A program made the position numbers and the translations under genes. Below the pieces are notes generated by a model that saw nothing but the letters and a program-made list of their open reading frames with translations, was not told the origin of the DNA and did no database searches. Source: an uncultured Pseudomonadota bacterium (GTDB lineage Bacteria; SAR324; NAC60-12). From it: a DNA stretch of 29,644 nucleotides. Positions 17,718-26,260 of this stretch are shown here, one piece after another. The DNA lies in assembly GCA_913020725.1 (NCBI GenBank), contig CAJWCD010000027.1, positions 1-29,644 of the forward strand. The letters are read 5' to 3'. The stretch's first letter is position 1; each line of letters starts with the position of its first letter.

Positions 17718-19052
17718 TCAGCGCAGGAAATCCGCAAGGGTGGGTTGGATCAGACGGCTACCCGTGTCCAACGCCAGTCGGTTGTTGACCTCGGCAGTGT
17801 TCACCTCCAAGGAGGTTTTTGCGAGATCCACGTCCCGGATTTCCGACAAACGCTTCTCATGCTCAAAGGTCTGGTCTTCTAGCTTCCTCTCAGCCGTCTG
17901 GAGTTCGCGCACCAGATTTCCGGTGTCGGCCAGACGCTTGAGAATCTGCTTTTCGGCCAGCTCAAGCTCTCCCAAGCGTTTTGCAATAGCAGTGCCATCG
18001 TTTTCCAGCATGGCGCGCTCCAGTGAGGCGATCAGGGAGAAGGCATCCACCTCCCCCTCGCCCTTGCCCAGCAGCACCTCTTCCGCCGTCACGCCCAAAA
18101 GGGACGTGACCCCGGTGGCAATCATGATCTCTTTCTTCTCCGGAGACCCGACATAGTCCACTTCGGGGTTCTTGGCAAAGATAAACTCCATGCCTTCCGG
18201 GAAGACAATTCCCTGTGCCTCCGACCCCAGCAGTTGGTCCATCTCCTCCACGTCAAAATCAATCACGCGGTCCAGATCGATGTCAAAGTAGCCCGCCGAC
18301 TGATTCCCCAAGCGCCCCTCCTCGTCAGAGAAACGCAGGAACACGCGGTCGTCCGGACGCCCCTTGGGGTTGAACATGTGAACTGCCGGGCGTAGCACCT
18401 CGTCTTCGGTCCACGTCTTGCCACCATCATCGGAAAGCTGGCAGCGGGCCTGTCCGAAAAGTCCGGTTTTTGTGATGCGAATGCGGTAGTCGTTGGAGGA
18501 GTGTCCGTCGAACTGTGCCCGAAACTGCGAGACATCGAGCAATTCCCGGATGTCCTGCTGCAAAATTCCAGTGGTTTCGACCTTTGCGGGCTGATGGGGC
18601 AAATTCTTTTTGAGCGGCGGCGTGAGGCTTTTCACCCCGGAAAACACATAAAGTTTGCCCTCACGAGCATTTCCGGCATCCAGCAGTCCTTTGCGCAACG
18701 CGCTCAACTCGCGGGCGGTCATCAGCCGAGATTCATCGTTGGAATCGCTGCCAGACTGCGAGAGGGTCAAGGTGCGCACCTTGCCAAGAATTTCCAGCAT
18801 CTGCCCCAGTTCCAACTCGCTGCGCTCCAAAAAGGAAACGTTTTCAGCAAGGTTGCCCCGCAGTTGCTCGTTGGTGGAGAGTTTGGTGACAATGTCCTGC
18901 ATCTTGACTGCGCCCATCGGATCATCCGAGGGGCGATTGATGCGCTGGCCGGATGCCATCTGCATCTGCAACTCCTGCAATTTCGCGGAGTTACGCTGGA
19001 TGTTGCCCATCACTTGTTCGCGCTTGGCGACTTCGGTCACTCGCATCGTCAC
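17718..19052 (-). CDS. flgL: Hook-associated protein 3
   Basis: SGQRINRPSDDP N-terminus, YVFSG, C-terminal TLADFLR; directly after flgK. Confidence 0.92.
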   Translation of the reverse strand: MTMRVTEVAKREQVMGNIQRNSAKLQELQMQMASGQRINRPSDDPMGAVKMQDIVTKLSTNEQLRGNLAENVSFLERSELELGQMLEILGKVRTLTLSQSGSDSNDESRLMTARELSALRKGLLDAGNAREGKLYVFSGVKSLTPPLKKNLPHQPAKVETTGILQQDIRELLDVSQFRAQFDGHSSNDYRIRITKTGLFGQARCQLSDDGGKTWTEDEVLRPAVHMFNPKGRPDDRVFLRFSDEEGRLGNQSAGYFDIDLDRVIDFDVEEMDQLLGSEAQGIVFPEGMEFIFAKNPEVDYVGSPEKKEIMIATGVTSLLGVTAEEVLLGKGEGEVDAFSLIASLERAMLENDGTAIAKRLGELELAEKQILKRLADTGNLVRELQTAERKLEDQTFEHEKRLSEIRDVDLAKTSLEVNTAEVNNRLALDTGSRLIQPTLADFLR

Positions 19053-20737
19053 ATATTGATGAGGGTCTGCATCATCTCGTCAACCGTACTCACATAGCGC
19101 GCCGATGCCTCGTAAGCCTTCTGATGCTGGATCATGTCGGCCAACTCCTCGTCCATGTTGACCGCGCTGATCGAACTGCGGATCTCCCGGAATTGTTGAA
19201 CCATGTTGTCCTGCTGCGCCTTCTCCACCTGATTGCGCTGAACCTTGAGTCCAATGTCACCCAAAATGCTGTTATAGTACTCGCCAAACGTGACTGTCTC
19301 ATCTCGCATCGTCGGCTGGTTTTGCAGCTTGGCAATAGCGAGGGCAACCTGATTGTCCCCGGGGATGAGGTCCCGTCCGGTAGAAATGGCATTGGGATCC
19401 TCAAGAATGCGCGGACTGATCCGAAGATCGGCGGCTCCCTTGAGTGTTTCAAAGAAACTATTGAAACCCATCACCTGAGTGATGGCGGTTTGGTCATCTC
19501 CAAAAATGAAGCGTCGTGGTTGCCCGCTTTCCAAGAACATGGAGCCGTCTTCTCCAATGGACGCAGCCAGCAAATTGGGATCGTTGACCGTCTGGTTGAT
19601 GCGCTTCACGATGTCTTCCAACGAATCCACTCCGGCCTGCACCTCAATCTCGTAGGTTTCCAGAATGCTGTTGTCGCGGTCCACAAGGTGGAGTTGGAAA
19701 ACGCCGTCTTGGAGAAACGGCATGGGCTGGGCACGGGCTTCCGGAGTGAGTGCGTAGGCGCTCTTCATCAGGTCAGTCGCAGAACTGATCCCCGTTCCGG
19801 TCGCATGAGGCTGGTTGACTTTCGCGGCAACGCCAAAGGCGAGTTCATCCAGTTGGTTCATGTAGCCAACAATGGTCTCGTCACGCATCTGGATGAGTTC
19901 GGTCATCTGCCCGCCCCGGAAGCTGCGGGTGAGGTCACGACGGTGGTCGTGGGTAGCGATGCCGTCAATGCTCACCATGCCCGCCTCCCCACCGCGCAAA
20001 GTGGCATCGAGTTCAAACACCTGATCCCCCTCCACGAGTGTCCAATCGCGTCCAATGATCACCGAGGTGCGCCCGTTGGAATTTTCGATCATGTTGACAT
20101 CCACCAGCTTGGAGAGTTTTTCCACTGCCAATTCCCGGGCATCGCGGGCGTCGTTCGCTTGGTGCCCGCTGATCTCGTAGCTGTAAATCTGTCGGTTCAA
20201 TTCCTTGACCTGCTGGGCGAGGTTATTGATCTGGTTCACTGCGCCTTGAATGCGGGCATCGGCTTCCTTGCGCAACGACTGCAACTGCGCGTGCCTCTCC
20301 CGAAAGCGCGTAGCCAGCGTGTCGCCCTGATCCCGAACTCGTGTGCGCACCACGTCCGATTCCGGCTGGTTGGCCAACTGACTCCACGAGTTCCAAAAGT
20401 CGTTCATCGCCCGGTGCAGCCCACTATCGCTCATCTCACTGAAGACAAGCTCCAGCTTTGAGAAGAACTCTTCACGGGTGGTGAAAACCCCGGACCGTGG
20501 GGTTTCCTGCACGATCTTGCGCTGCACAAAGCGGTCAAACACCCGAGTCGTCGGCGAAGGTTCGGTGCCGTTGCCAATCCCGTTAGGTTGCGGAAACGCA
20601 GTCTGGGTGCTTTGCTGCTGGCGCGAAAAACCCTCGGTGTTCTGGTTGGCAATGTTGTGCCCCGCGGTCGTCACTGCACGCTGACTCGCACTCATGGCGC
20701 GGCTGCCCATATTGAGGGCACTGTTCAGACTTGGCAT
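19049..20737 (-). CDS. flgK: Hook-associated protein 1
   Basis: GHNIANQNTEGFSRQ and SAVNMDEELADMI..QKAYEASAR. Confidence 0.96.
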   Translation of the reverse strand: MPSLNSALNMGSRAMSASQRAVTTAGHNIANQNTEGFSRQQQSTQTAFPQPNGIGNGTEPSPTTRVFDRFVQRKIVQETPRSGVFTTREEFFSKLELVFSEMSDSGLHRAMNDFWNSWSQLANQPESDVVRTRVRDQGDTLATRFRERHAQLQSLRKEADARIQGAVNQINNLAQQVKELNRQIYSYEISGHQANDARDARELAVEKLSKLVDVNMIENSNGRTSVIIGRDWTLVEGDQVFELDATLRGGEAGMVSIDGIATHDHRRDLTRSFRGGQMTELIQMRDETIVGYMNQLDELAFGVAAKVNQPHATGTGISSATDLMKSAYALTPEARAQPMPFLQDGVFQLHLVDRDNSILETYEIEVQAGVDSLEDIVKRINQTVNDPNLLAASIGEDGSMFLESGQPRRFIFGDDQTAITQVMGFNSFFETLKGAADLRISPRILEDPNAISTGRDLIPGDNQVALAIAKLQNQPTMRDETVTFGEYYNSILGDIGLKVQRNQVEKAQQDNMVQQFREIRSSISAVNMDEELADMIQHQKAYEASARYVSTVDEMMQTLINM

Positions 20738-20774
20738 TGCGGCACCTTACGGAACGAAGCTGACATCACGGGAC

Positions 20775-21269
20775 TCAAATGGCAGCGCGGGCGATCTTAC
20801 TCCCGGCATGTTGCAGCTCTCCAACTCCGGAGTAGGTCTGCTGATGGCCGTGGAGTTCCACCATGAAACGTAGAGCGGTTTCGACGGAGCGCAAGCGTGC
20901 ACCCGCTTCGGCGGAGTTGCGGTCAGCCCGTTCGCGGATTTCCGTGATCAGTTGGGTGAGGTGCTCGTGGCAATCCCGAAGTTCGTCAGCCTGTTTTGGC
21001 TCAATGCGGGCGATGATGGCGCGCAGACGAAGTTCTTGAGGATTCACGCCCCAGTCGTCAGCAAGTTTTCGGACGACTTGAAGGCGCTCGCGCTCCAGCC
21101 GTTCGATCTTGCGGCTGTGGCGTTGTTTGGAGACTTGAAGCCGCAGCAACTCCAAACCCGACACGGAACCAAAGCTCTGCGCTTCGGACTCCAGCAGGTT
21201 CCGCAATTGCTCATGCAGCTCGACTTCTTGGTGAAGGATGGCGGTCAGCCGTTCCAGCATTGGGGTCAA
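20775..21269 (-). CDS. flgN: Flagellar export chaperone FlgN
   Basis: Helical protein with K...LERER, N and C-terminal TY...G; lies between flgM and flgK. The start may be ATG 21260. Confidence 0.82.
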   Translation of the reverse strand: MTPMLERLTAILHQEVELHEQLRNLLESEAQSFGSVSGLELLRLQVSKQRHSRKIERLERERLQVVRKLADDWGVNPQELRLRAIIARIEPKQADELRDCHEHLTQLITEIRERADRNSAEAGARLRSVETALRFMVELHGHQQTYSGVGELQHAGSKIARAAI

Positions 21270-21330
21270 GATATCCCTTCAAAAGCGGGGATCCCGGAAG
21301 ACTGACGCGCCTCGATGTGGTGGGGTGACT

Positions 21331-21621
21331 TCAGGAAATACCTTCCTGAAGTCCTTCCAGCAACAAGTTACGTGCCAGTTTCTGTGAATCCACCTCGTAT
21401 TCCCCGCTCTTGAGCTTCGCCTTCAATTCCGCGACCTTATCGGCACGAACTTCCGGCTCAGCCTCAAGGCGGAGCTTCATTTTATTCAGGGTGAAGGTTT
21501 CAGCCCTCACCGAACTCTCCGGCTGCAAGCCGCCCTCACGGAGCTGCGCCTGCTCAAAATCCCTGCGGTGTCCTCCCTTGACATCTTGGAGCACCGTGGG
21601 TTGCTGGCCAGTGATCTTCAT
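21331..21621 (-). CDS. flgM: Anti-sigma28 factor FlgM
   Basis: PEVRADKVAELKAKLKSGEYEVDSQKLA; GAGGTG RBS before ATG 21621. Confidence 0.92.
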   Translation of the reverse strand: MKITGQQPTVLQDVKGGHRRDFEQAQLREGGLQPESSVRAETFTLNKMKLRLEAEPEVRADKVAELKAKLKSGEYEVDSQKLARNLLLEGLQEGIS

Positions 21622-21833
21622 GTCCACCTCTTACGTGACAATGGTTGCTGACGGCAAGTCCGCAGCATGGCCTTCAGCTTAAGGCCCGACGTCCCCGGAT
21701 GCAAGCACTGAAACAGTGCTCCCATCCGGTGTGCCGACTGCGGTCTACACTCACCGTGCGGACAGAAGGGGGAGTGATCCCCCAGACCAACCCCAAGCCT
21801 TGCGGGCTTGGAAAGTTGGTGGTCTCACTAACC

Positions 21834-21860
21834 TTATCGGCACTTGGCCACAAAACTTGA
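21834..21860 (-). promoter_or_regulatory. Sigma28 (FliA) promoter for flgM and downstream genes
   Basis: Minus strand TCAAGTTT-N11-GCCGATAA immediately after the flgJ stop. Confidence 0.88.
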
Positions 21861-21861
21861 G

Positions 21862-22182
21862 TCATTCTCGCAAGTGGGGCTGGAGTTGCTTGTAGATCAT
21901 CTCACCCAAACCCAGCGAGCCGGAATCGGCCAACTGTTCGGAGCGGTGCTGATCCAGCATTTCCCGGAACACCCGCTCCCCCTCAGAAACCTTGATGAGG
22001 TCCGATTTCAGTGTGGCCTCCCGCATGGATTTCAACATCTGCTGCGCAAAGATCGCCTCAAAGTCGCTGGCCGCCTCCCGGAGTTTCTGCTCGTCGCTCA
22101 GTTGCGCGCTCTGCAGTCTGTCCAGACGCTGCTGCTCTTGGTTCATCACAAAGGCCGTACCGTTTTGAAGAGGAGGGATCAT
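21862..22182 (-). CDS. flgJ: Short FlgJ (rod-binding domain only)
   Basis: LREAASDFEAIF.QQMLKSMR...FREMLD...LGLGEMIYKQL; no muramidase domain. Confidence 0.9.
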   Translation of the reverse strand: MIPPLQNGTAFVMNQEQQRLDRLQSAQLSDEQKLREAASDFEAIFAQQMLKSMREATLKSDLIKVSEGERVFREMLDQHRSEQLADSGSLGLGEMIYKQLQPHLRE

Positions 22183-22191
22183 GTCTTCTTT

Positions 22192-23307
22192 CTAGTGAAT
22201 CACAAGTTCTGCGTGCAGCGCCCCAGCGGCCTTGATCGCCTTGAGAACCTCGATGAGGTCGTCGCTGGACGCGCCAATTTTATTGAAGCCATCAACGATC
22301 TCCTTGAGATCAGCTCCACCTTTGAAGAGAATCACGTTTGACTGCACGGTGATTTCCTGTGCAACCGACTCCCCTTGTTCGTTCTGTGTGGGAGGCTGTG
22401 GGATCTTGACCTCGACCTGGAGTCCGCCCTGAGAAATTGCAATCGGGGAAATCCGGACACTGCCGCCCATCACGACGGTTCCAGAACGCTCGTCCAGCAC
22501 AACCTGCGCAACACTATCCGGCGTGATCTCCAAGTTCTCGATGTAGGACACCAGTTCAACGGTGTTTCCCAAGTAACTGTCCGGAACCAACACCTCCACG
22601 GTGCCCGCATCCTTGGCACGAGCCGTCCGGATGCCGAGGTTCTGGTTGATGAGCTTCGCCAGCCGGAATGCCGTCGTGAAATCCGGACGGTCGAGGTTCA
22701 TAAAAAGTCGGGCGCGGCTGTTGAGGTTGAGGTTAGTCTCGCGCTCAACAATCGCTCCTCCGGGCACCATCCCCACCGACGCCACCATCCGTGAGCCAAT
22801 GGGCAGGTTCTCCAGTTCTTCCGGAGGCAGGGCTTCGGCGCGACTCACACCGCGCGGAATTCCGGCAACCGGCCCCTGAGCCAGCGCGTACACCTGCCGA
22901 TTTGGTCCACGCAAAGGGGACATCAGCAAAATCCCGCCACGCAGCGAGATCGAATCCCCCAGCGTTGCCGCTGTGACGTCAAGGCGCTGTCCGGATTTTG
23001 CAAAGGGCGGCAGGGTTGCGGTCAGCCACACTGCCGCAACGCTCTGACCCTGAATGTCCTGACTGCCAAGGCTGATGCCGATGCGTTCCAGAGCGTTGAT
23101 GATCGGCTTGCGGGCGAGCAGGCTGTCCGGAGAATCCCCCGTGCCGTCCAAACCCACGACGATGCCAAAGCCGATCAACTGGTTGTCTCGTGCTCCGCGC
23201 AACGCCGCGATGTCCTTGACCCGCACAGCCAGCGCAGCATCAGCCCACACGAGCAGCGCGAGGCTGACAACGGCGAGTAATTGGCGGCGAATCCGGGATC
23301 GTTTCAT
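22192..23307 (-). CDS. flgI: Flagellar P-ring protein
   Basis: Signal peptide, RVKDI...NQLIGFGIVVGLDGTGD, LPPFA, ERSGTVV, AIKAAGALHAEL. Start at MKRSR (ATG 23307). Confidence 0.96.
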   Translation of the reverse strand: MKRSRIRRQLLAVVSLALLVWADAALAVRVKDIAALRGARDNQLIGFGIVVGLDGTGDSPDSLLARKPIINALERIGISLGSQDIQGQSVAAVWLTATLPPFAKSGQRLDVTAATLGDSISLRGGILLMSPLRGPNRQVYALAQGPVAGIPRGVSRAEALPPEELENLPIGSRMVASVGMVPGGAIVERETNLNLNSRARLFMNLDRPDFTTAFRLAKLINQNLGIRTARAKDAGTVEVLVPDSYLGNTVELVSYIENLEITPDSVAQVVLDERSGTVVMGGSVRISPIAISQGGLQVEVKIPQPPTQNEQGESVAQEITVQSNVILFKGGADLKEIVDGFNKIGASSDDLIEVLKAIKAAGALHAELVIH

Positions 23308-23355
23308 GGGTAGCTCAAGCAATCTGGGTACAATGGTCCAAGGTGCCCAAAGCAA

Positions 23356-23387
23356 TACAAGTTCAATGCCAGCAGCAGGAAGGCCAG
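23356..23387 (-). promoter_or_regulatory. Candidate sigma54 promoter(s) upstream of flgI
   Basis: Minus strand CTGGCATTGAACTTGTA (23356-23372; strong -24, -12 has T for C) and CTGGCCTTCCTGCTGCT (23371-23387; GG-N10-GC). Confidence 0.45.
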
Positions 23388-23430
23388 AAAGGCAGGTGGT
23401 CGGGAGCTCTCGGCGGGGCTCGGAAACCGC

Positions 23431-24831
23431 TCAGACAGCGGCAGCAGTGGTGGTTTGCAGGTGTTGGTACTCCGGATGGTGTTCGAGGAAACCGCAGCCC
23501 AAAACAAGATCCATCAGGGAAAACAGTGAATCCGGAAGCTCGCACATCACCCAAAGCACCGTCTGCACACCGCTGCACGCCTCAGCAACCGAGGTGAAAC
23601 AGCGGATGTAACGCTCATAGCGTGTGGGTTCCCGTTCGGCTCCCGGAATCGCAACCGCTTCGACCTGAAGGTAGTCGGCAAGGTCGCCCACGCGCTTGGT
23701 GTGCCCGAAAATGAGCTGCCCGTACTGGATGTGCAACGCTTGAAAACGCTGAGCGGCGGCTTGAGCATCATCCAAGCTGTTCGGGAGACCGTCGGTCAGG
23801 TGAATCACCGAACGCAATCCCTTCGCCTTCGCTAGCAATCCCTGAGTCGCTTCAAAGGCGGCATCGTAGGCGGTGGTGCCTCCGGGCGAGAGGAAACTGT
23901 CGATCTCTTGCTGGGAATGTTGGGCGGAGTCGCTGTAGGGAATGACCGAAACCGAAACCTTGGGAAGCAACTGTTTGAGCGTGTTGAGCAACGCCGCGCA
24001 ACCAAGGTTCGCCATCTTGAAAATCTCGCGCTCAAAGGTCGAAGCGCTGACATCGAGTAGGATAACCACCGTGTGCTTCACGGATCGCAGCGCCTGTTGC
24101 GTTTCCGGATTTAGCAGCGAGGGCAACTTGCCTTCCTGCTGCAAGGTCAACGCATGTTTCGCCGCAGCGGGGAGGGCGCTGTGCTGGGTTTTCCGTTCCT
24201 GAGAAACCAAGCTGGAGGTGTCCGGTTTCAGCAGCGGAGGCGAGGCGAGATCAAAGCGTGTGGGCACTTTGAAATCGAACATCAGTTCCTCCAGTTCCTC
24301 CTTGATTTGCCGACTGCGTTTCGCGTTCACACGACGGTTGGCCTGCGTGGGACGGAGGGCATCGTGTGCGTGCAATTGCGCTTCCCGGAAGGTCTGCAAT
24401 AGCGCGGTGCAGGCGTTGTGTTTGAGAACGCACATGCGGGGGCTGCCCCATTTCGACTCGGGAATTTCCCGACCCTTGTAGTAGGGCAAACGTCGCCCAC
24501 CAATCAGCTTGATCTCAAAGCGTTCATCCACCTTGCCCAGTCGGAATCCCAACTCCAGCATGCGCAGCATCTCCCGGATCGTGAGCACACAACGGCGACG
24601 TGGAACCACCACAGGAAAGCCCAGCAGTTCCGCGTGCTGAAGGCACTTCATCAACACCTTCCGGTCCCCACCTTGCTTGTCCTGACACAACGCCATCAAG
24701 TGCTGGAGTTGCGATTCCATCGCGCTGAGATTGCCCGCCAGCACATTGTGACGCAGCGACTCGCCCGTCCGCTGCCGGGCGGTGCGTTTCAGGTCAACAG
24801 GAGGCGGGGGTTTCAAGAGAGGGTCCGACAT
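23431..24831 (-). CDS. VWA-domain protein with unrecognised N-terminal half
   Basis: MIDAS-type residues LLDVSAS, PGGTTAY, IHLTDG in the C-terminal half. Confidence 0.85.
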   Translation of the reverse strand: MSDPLLKPPPPVDLKRTARQRTGESLRHNVLAGNLSAMESQLQHLMALCQDKQGGDRKVLMKCLQHAELLGFPVVVPRRRCVLTIREMLRMLELGFRLGKVDERFEIKLIGGRRLPYYKGREIPESKWGSPRMCVLKHNACTALLQTFREAQLHAHDALRPTQANRRVNAKRSRQIKEELEELMFDFKVPTRFDLASPPLLKPDTSSLVSQERKTQHSALPAAAKHALTLQQEGKLPSLLNPETQQALRSVKHTVVILLDVSASTFEREIFKMANLGCAALLNTLKQLLPKVSVSVIPYSDSAQHSQQEIDSFLSPGGTTAYDAAFEATQGLLAKAKGLRSVIHLTDGLPNSLDDAQAAAQRFQALHIQYGQLIFGHTKRVGDLADYLQVEAVAIPGAEREPTRYERYIRCFTSVAEACSGVQTVLWVMCELPDSLFSLMDLVLGCGFLEHHPEYQHLQTTTAAAV

Positions 24832-24862
24832 TTCAGGTCTTGTAGTTCATCACTTCTGCCTG

Positions 24863-24879
24863 CGCAAAAAGCATACCAG
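24863..24879 (-). promoter_or_regulatory. Sigma54 promoter of the VWA gene
   Basis: Minus strand CTGGTATGCTTTTTGCG, close to the TGGCAC-N5-TTGC consensus, about 30 bp before the ATG. Confidence 0.65.
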
Positions 24880-24930
24880 CTTTTGAGGCGTTTCCTCAGA
24901 ACCCTGAGTGGGACCAGACCGGAAGGAATT

Positions 24931-24947
24931 TTGGCCTGCTTTGTGCT
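24931..24947 (+). promoter_or_regulatory. Candidate divergent sigma54 promoter
   Basis: TTGGCCTGCTTTGTGCT (GG-N10-GC). Confidence 0.35.
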
Positions 24948-25065
24948 TTAGGCAGGGGGGACTCAAGCGGTGTCCGGGGAGGAAAAGCTTGCCCGGCCCC
25001 TGTTCCCCATTGCCCCAAGGAGGGGGCGATGGCGCCCCAATGCTCACGCCTATTTAGGAATTGTC

Positions 25066-25464
25066 ATGGAGACCATGCTGCTGGGATTCTGCCTGCTGTC
25101 CCTGCTCATCACCACGCTCATCGTTTCGGTGGAGCTGATTCAGGAACGCCGCGCGTTTGCCCGCAGTTCCCTGCCGGGAGACCCGCCCACAGAGGCGTCG
25201 GCATCGGTTTTGTCGGAAGCCCCCGCACAGCCTGCGGAGTCAACTCCGAACGTCCATTCGATTTACTCCGCGCTGGAACAAAAACTGGTGCGCTTGGGCT
25301 ACCACGACAACTCGGCCCAACTCCAGTTTCTCAACCGCACCCTGCACACCCAACACGCCTCCCTCACGGACCTCTCCATGACGGAACTCCAGACGGTGGT
25401 CTCCTTCCTCAAGCACCATCAAGATTCGGTTGCGGTTCACGAACCGACCCCGCAAGTCGCTTGA
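25066..25464 (+). CDS. Hypothetical protein with N-terminal membrane anchor (132 aa)
   Basis: AGGA RBS before ATG 25066; hydrophobic N-terminus, Pro/Ser linker, helical C-terminus. Confidence 0.7.
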   Translation: METMLLGFCLLSLLITTLIVSVELIQERRAFARSSLPGDPPTEASASVLSEAPAQPAESTPNVHSIYSALEQKLVRLGYHDNSAQLQFLNRTLHTQHASLTDLSMTELQTVVSFLKHHQDSVAVHEPTPQVA

Positions 25465-25500
25465 GAGACCAAATTCGTAGCTTCGTTCCGCCTGAGCAGC

Positions 25501-25738
25501 GTATGTGTTTAGCGTGTTTGTTTGAGGGCCAACGGCCCGGACAATACCAGCATGGGGCAACGCCCCATGAGCGGTGGGCCACGAAAGGCAAAGGGCTGAA
25601 AGCCCGTTCCAGACTGCCCGGAATGCTCCGGGCCTTCAGCCCTCTCTCAGCGGGTGGCACTTCTTTTCATGGGGCACTGCCCCATGCTGGTATGACGACG
25701 CGCCGTTGGCGCTCTCAAATGGGACGCTAAACACATAA
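25501..25738. mobile_element. 238-bp non-autonomous MITE-like element with internal REP-like inverted repeats
   Basis: TIRs GTATGTGTTTAGCGT (25501-25515)/ACGCTAAACACATAA (25724-25738), 14/15. Flanks CTGAGCAGC (25492-25500)/CTTAGCAGC (25739-25747), 8/9. Nested internal inverted repeats. Confidence 0.8.
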
Positions 25739-25780
25739 CTTAGCAGCAAGACAGTTTCGCCGACCAACCCCAGGCTGCAG

Positions 25781-25945
25781 ATGCTGCGTGAGTTCAAGGC
25801 GCACCCGGAGTTCGGTAGTATCCCCGTGGTCGTCCTGACTCACGAGGAGCGCGACCCGCTGCTAGACACTTGCTTCCAAGCCGGGGCGGAGGACTACCTG
25901 CCCAAGCCCATCCGACAGGAGGTGCTGCTGGCGCGGCCACGCTTG
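25781..25945 (+). pseudogene. C-terminal fragment of a response-regulator receiver domain
   Basis: LREFKAHPEFGSIPVVVLT...CFQAGAEDYLPKPIRQEVLLAR; the N-terminal half with the phospho-Asp is absent and the frame then runs into non-protein-like sequence. Confidence 0.75.
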
Positions 25946-25987
25946 GCAAACCGCCCCGTCTCTGACGACCCCCATGACGGTGCCCGG

Positions 25988-26211
25988 ATGAGGCACTTCA
26001 ATCCCTATCCCGTCTTCCCCTCCCTGCTCCGCTCCCCGCCCCGCAGGTCTCCCGCGAGCAGGTGGACGACGCCGTGCGGGACTTCCTCACCCAAGGCGGA
26101 ACCATCCGGTGTCTCGCGCCACCCGACCCCGATCCGGAATCCGAGGGCTTCCGCGCCGTGCCCACAACCTTCCAGTCGGAGTTGCAGGATACCCTGCGGG
26201 AGGAGGAGTGA
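25988..26211 (+). pseudogene. Small SutA-like ORF, apparently frameshifted near 26033-26041
   Basis: Frame 26041-26211 reads PQVSREQVDDAVRDFLTQGGTIRCLAPPDPDPESEG...EEE*. No in-frame start before GTG 26062; ATG 25988 is one base out of frame across a C-rich run. Confidence 0.55.
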
Positions 26212-26260
26212 CCGAACTCCGCCGTTCAAGTTCAGCAAAAGCGGCGGGCCTTCCGGGGTC

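Noticed and set aside
18953..20461. 502-aa plus-strand ORF and other long antisense ORFs
   Set aside because: Antisense shadows of well-supported genes, expected in GC-rich DNA.
21434..21446. 13-bp copy of the sigma28 -10 region (ACCTTATCGGCAC) inside flgM
   Set aside because: It encodes the conserved RADKV motif and has no matching -35 element; probably coincidental.
25029..25730. 233-aa ORF crossing the MITE
   Set aside because: It overlaps the 132-aa gene out of frame and translates the palindromic element; not protein-like.
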